Positions 59,141 through 64,000 of a DNA stretch of 64,000 bases are shown in pieces. Origin of the DNA: Saccostrea cucullata (Eukaryota); contig NW_026921687.1 of NCBI RefSeq assembly GCF_032062105.1, positions 1 through 64,000 of the forward strand. Reading direction: 5' to 3'. The stretch's first letter is position 1, and every line of letters begins with the position of its first letter. Made by a program: the position numbers and the translations under genes. A model generated the notes under the pieces. It was not told the DNA's origin, did not search any database, and saw only the letters and a program-made list of their open reading frames with translations.

Positions 59141-60315
59141 AACAGTAATTATTTATAGTAAAGTGTAATATTTGGGAGCAATCTCCCATGCATAATTGCT
59201 GTTTGTTTCTCTCTCAGACTTGAATATATGAGCCGATGGTACAGAATGTTTTGGAAAATGCATCATAATCAAGGGGAATCAATGACTGTCCTCTGTTTTT
59301 CACTATACATATACACCCGACATATAAGCACCAGCCTTAAGGTTCATAAACCCTCTGCTCAGTGCTCACTCCTAAAATATCGTTTACGAGTTTCCAAAGG
59401 AAATGAATATGGCAAGTAAAAAATACATGACTTGCGGGGCAGAATTGTAAAAAAAAAAAAAAAAAAAAGAAATTCAACTTGAAAGATTTATAAAGGAATA
59501 ATAGACACATATCCTTAAGAGTTATCTCTCTTATCAGAGTATCGATGAACCTTAATGAGCCTCGTGGCTCGGGGCATCGTCGCAAATCACGGCCAAAATG
59601 TACGATACTCTCCCATTCTGGTAGAAGAGAGCTATATGTGGACCTCCAAATTAAACTTGGTGTGAGACATTGGGCTCTGGAAACTTTTTAAACATAGTAT
59701 ATCGAAGGGGGTTGGGTAATTTTTTTTTTCTTGCTTGTCAAATTTTCCAGGTATGTTATCCGTGCCCACCTAGCTTCCCTCCTGTTTTGAAATAAAACTA
59801 TGCTACTTGTCCTTCTGTTACAAAAAGTATTATTTATTTTCTACATATCTAATTAATTATGCAGAATTCTTGATCTAATTAGCAAGACAAGTTTTCTTCA
59901 AACTATTCACCGACAAACGTCGGCGATGTGTAAATTCGTCCGACCGTACATTTTTGTTGGTACACAGATAAACACGTTAAGTACATTGCTCACCTATAAT
60001 ATACTCTATATAAAATAGGACTACTTCCATTTCTTTGATAACAATGTAGGTAAAAACAATACCGTGTAAACACACATTTGATTGATGGTAAGGGACTCTG
60101 TATTAAAAATACAGGTATAGAAATTTGCATTCCGCGCCGTAAACTAGCATTCAGGGAAAAAAATGGTTTTACTCTCTCTAGGAATGTAAAGAAATCACAG
60201 TGCACATAACAAGGACTAGGATGCTCTCACACAAAGTCGTTTTATAAAAGGGGACAAAAGTCACAAAAGTAAACACACCCGCGGATATCAGTATTATGTA
60301 TGGAGCGCTGCTGAT

Positions 60316-60505
60316 ATGGGGTGCAGGACAGTTATATTGACTCTATGTTCTTGTCTTTTTTGTGTTTTTGTGAATGGAATCTCGGGGTTTACCCTCTATA
60401 GATCTTGTGTGGACGTACAGAGGGGCTCTAACCCTCCCGTCAATCAGGATGGGGAATACCCGATCCTCATCAAAAATAAACTGATTACACCTATCTACTG
60501 TCACG
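60316..60505 (+). CDS. First coding exon of a secreted protein (signal peptide plus start of a GON- or fibrinogen-related domain); no further exons found in the window
   Basis: Hydrophobic N-terminus; RSCVDVQ...DGEYPI...IYCH; donor G|GTAAGT at 60506; TATAAAAG at 60243; (CT)n follows in the intron. Confidence 0.7.
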
Positions 60506-60510
60506 GTAAG

Positions 60511-60560
<50 letters not shown>

Positions 60561-60837
60561 GTTTTAATATTAAAGTTATGCCATATACATATTTGTTATA
60601 TATATATACGAAAAAAAGTCTAACATTTTTAATGTTTTTTTGAGCGGGCATAAAAAAATCGATGTTGGACCGGTGAGTAAGATGTTGGACCGCTCGGAGA
60701 GATGTTGGACCTCTTACGTCACAGAATGGGCGGAGCTTATTCTCATTTTCATTCCTTGGTGTAAAACAGTGACAGACCTGATAGGAAATACAGTACAAAA
60801 GACATGTATGTCAAAAAAAAATAAAATTAGATGAAAG

Positions 60838-60998
60838 GTATAACAAAACATTTATTGACAGAGTTCTCGGGCAAAATGAGTTTTGTCGGACCCTCGAACA
60901 AAACTGTCTGCCTTCGGCCTAACGGCCTCAGGCAGACAGTTTGGTTCTTGGGTCCGACAAAACGCATGTTGCCCTCGAACTCAGTCAATAAATGTATA
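60838..60998. mobile_element. Palindromic MITE
   Basis: ACATTTATTGAC...TTTTGTCGGACCC...CTGTCTGCCT / AGGCAGACAG...GGGTCCGACAAAA...GTCAATAAATGT. Confidence 0.8.
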
Positions 60999-63900
60999 TT
61001 GCTGTTTATAACATCGCATGTTTCATCTATTCTTAAAGCGTTTTAATTTTCTGATATTATATATTTTTGTGTGCATTGCATAAAATGGCTTCTTTGCCTT
61101 GATTTTTGAGTACGGGATAAGAAACTTATTTCTTTATCAAGACAACAAAAAGTGGGAACATTAGCCTCCGAAATTTAATTATAACTAAATGTTATGGGTT
61201 TATTCTTCATCAGTTTTCTATCTTACGTGTAACATGGATCTTTACATGTAATTCTAAATTAAAGAAAGCGTTAATCTCAACTTAATTGTAATTTTAAGTG
61301 AACTGTATTTAGGTATGGCTATATTTTGTAGCTAGTTCTTTCTTTCCATGGCCAGCCACATCATCCCGTGCACCTAAAATACACACCCAATTTTTTTTAT
61401 GAAAAATCATTTTTTGGCTAAAACTTTTTCATCAATATTTTTACACTGAAACCCCTTTGCAATGAAACACAAATGTAATTATTAATAGTGTAAATATATT
61501 TAAAATTGCTTCTTTATAATAAAATATAAATTTTTTTTTCATCAAGTGAATTATTTCTCTCCAAAAAGATATATTGTTTTTGGGCAGTAAATTAGTGTAC
61601 AAGTGTGTGTGTGTGTGACATTAATGTGTAAATCGTATAATTTAAAGATTTAATTTTTATTTAATATGACACTTATGCCCATCACTGATAATAATATATA
61701 TATAACCGTGTACTTAATATTAACTTGTACTCACATAGATGGACAGGTATGGATAACATTTTGTTACTATGTATAGACAATTGTTAACGGGTATGTATAG
61801 CATATATATTAGAAATTTAGAACGATTTAATACAGACTCAAACACAGTTTTAAGCCATTATAACTATAGAAACGTGGACTATTGAAGTTCAAAATCGGAA
61901 ACGTCATATACTAGTATAGTTTTAAACTTGTTTTTCCCCACATTGTAAATTAACGTATAATTTCAGCTTTGTGGAAACAGTTATCATTAAGTGCTGCTTA
62001 AAAAATCGTGCATAGTGGTATTTGTATACTTACAGATTGTTTTAAAGGATATGAGAAGCCATCCAGCTTTGTTCACTAAATACGTTTATAATTGGTTAAA
62101 TCATCAGTACATACGGGAATTTTCATTTCTATTCACCAATTAAATGTATTTCCTAAACACATATTTACTGAATCTGAATGGTTTAGGAAAGACATGAAAT
62201 TCCTGATTTAACTTATTTACTGTAAAATATAAATACAAATTTTATGGCATAACAATCAGTATGAAGAACGGCAGTCAGCATTTGACTTAATGATGAATTG
62301 TTCATGACAAGGTCCTTGTTTCTACCAATTTCAAGACGCAAAGCGTAAGAAAATGACGCTTTTAATATTCGATTTTATGGTTAAACTTAAAGCTAAAATT
62401 GAGCTCAAATCTGATTTATTAATTACATGGTATTTGTATGGTGTGTCTTTCAAGGAAATTAAAGAAGCACACTGATCAGAATTCTGTAAATTTACACTTT
62501 TATGTAAAATGTAACATTGATTAATTGGAAAAAGTCATAGATAAAACATTATGTAGCTTTCAATTACGACGTCATCATGTGGAATCTATAAATAGAAAAC
62601 GATGAAAAAGTGATAAATTCAATATTATTCAGGGGATCATAATTTTATATTAAAAAAAAAATTAGTTATGTAAAATCTTCTATGGGCAATGAGAAGTGCT
62701 GCAGCTAGAGTCCTATATTTTTATCACATAAATAATTATTATTCCACACTTTGGGATAAACCTTTTTAAATCCTTAACATTTTTTTTTATATAAAACCTA
62801 ACTTCCGTTAAGCAAATGATTCTAGCAGCACTTTCAAAGAACTTTAGAATAAGATTTTTCGATAGAAACAAAAGGTATGTTACAGTGTATACGATGTAGT
62901 GTTGAACTTTTGCATCTTTGTTATAACGAACGACAGAGGAAACACTGATCGTGATGTATATATTGTAAACAGTTGAAATGAATGCACCTTAAGCTTATGC
63001 ATGAGTTTGAATTCCGCATAAGATATGATATTAATGTTAAATATCTTAATCTCCGAGTTCCTATGTTTGTTTACATGAATTATCGTAACGTTTCATTTTT
63101 CACTCCTTTAATATTTATCAACAATTATAATTTCATTGAGTTGGTATTTAAGGAATACTAAGAAGCAGATGGGGGGGGGGAAATTGAAAGCCTTATTATA
63201 TTGAACACTGACCCCCTTCCAATTTTGATTTCTGAATCCTGGATTCATCACCGCTGACACTGGAGTAGACGTATTAAACTATATACACACCTACACAATT
63301 AACTTTTTTTAAAATATGTCTGTCTACCTGCATTTTGTTATTTGTCGAATCAAAAACACAAGGTTGTGGTTGACCGCGCCGAAACAACAAGGATTAATGG
63401 TTGCATAATTTGATCCAAAACATGAAAATATGCACATAGTCTTTAAGTATATGACCGATACATCACAAGCGTATACGTGTTGTAAATGGCAAATGCATCC
63501 ATAATCAGTTAAATTTTAACATTAAAATTTTAACCCATCTCTTAACTACATGCATGCAGGTGCATGGAGTTATTAGGGAGTGGGACAGCCTCTCCCCTTT
63601 TCCCAAAATTATACTTAGTATAACCTTTTACTGTTGAAAATGTTCACTGCAGACGTTGTCCTCCTATAGCTGTTGTTACAATTTAATGAAATCGGTCAAT
63701 GGGAATGTATTAATTAATTTATTTGTGAGAATAGTTGGACCCCCCTTCACCCACGCATACAACGAAATAGAATTTTCGATTTTGGACACCCCCCCCCCCT
63801 TGTCAAAGATATTTCAGGTTTGTACAACATAACTTTCTGACTGTACCTTTAACCCCCCCCCCCCCCCCCCCTGTCAAAACTGATACTACATATACGTGCC

Positions 63901-64000
63901 TAACGTACATTGTATATCTGAACCAGACAGGACATTTTGCATGCATGGACCTCTTTTTAACGTTGAAAAACACACACACACAAGACTGCTACTTTTGTTT

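Noticed and set aside
61050-64000. Further exons of the GON-like gene
   Set aside because: No convincing in-phase exon found; the region looks like AT-rich intron with repeat remnants.

Overview
AT-rich, intron-containing animal DNA, probably a bivalve (oyster-like, judged from Helentron/HINE repeats and Deu- and CORE-type SINEs). 1-11.2 kb is a DIRS1-type tyrosine-recombinase retrotransposon (- strand). It carries a full-length L1/Tx1-clade LINE with a 16-bp TSD inserted into the recombinase active-site region, and a hAT MITE with an 8-bp TSD inserted into pol. Host genes reconstructed by hand: DNAJC27/RBJ (+, 7 coding exons); an ankyrin-repeat/SOCS-box gene (+); an intronless RING-coiled-coil-beta-propeller TRIM-like gene (+); a large - strand gene joining a DZANK1-like N-terminal region to eight annexin repeats; NACA (+), head-to-head with it, with a TOP-type start and four intronic C/D snoRNAs (three SNORD12-like copies in one intron); and the first exon of a secreted GON/FReD-like gene. 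The most notable observations are the DZANK1-annexin octad chimera, recurrent duplications straddling splice donors in four genes, the LINE insertion site in the recombinase, and a candidate GC-AG intron in DIRS gag. Family assignments rest on motif recognition from memory; no database searches were run.
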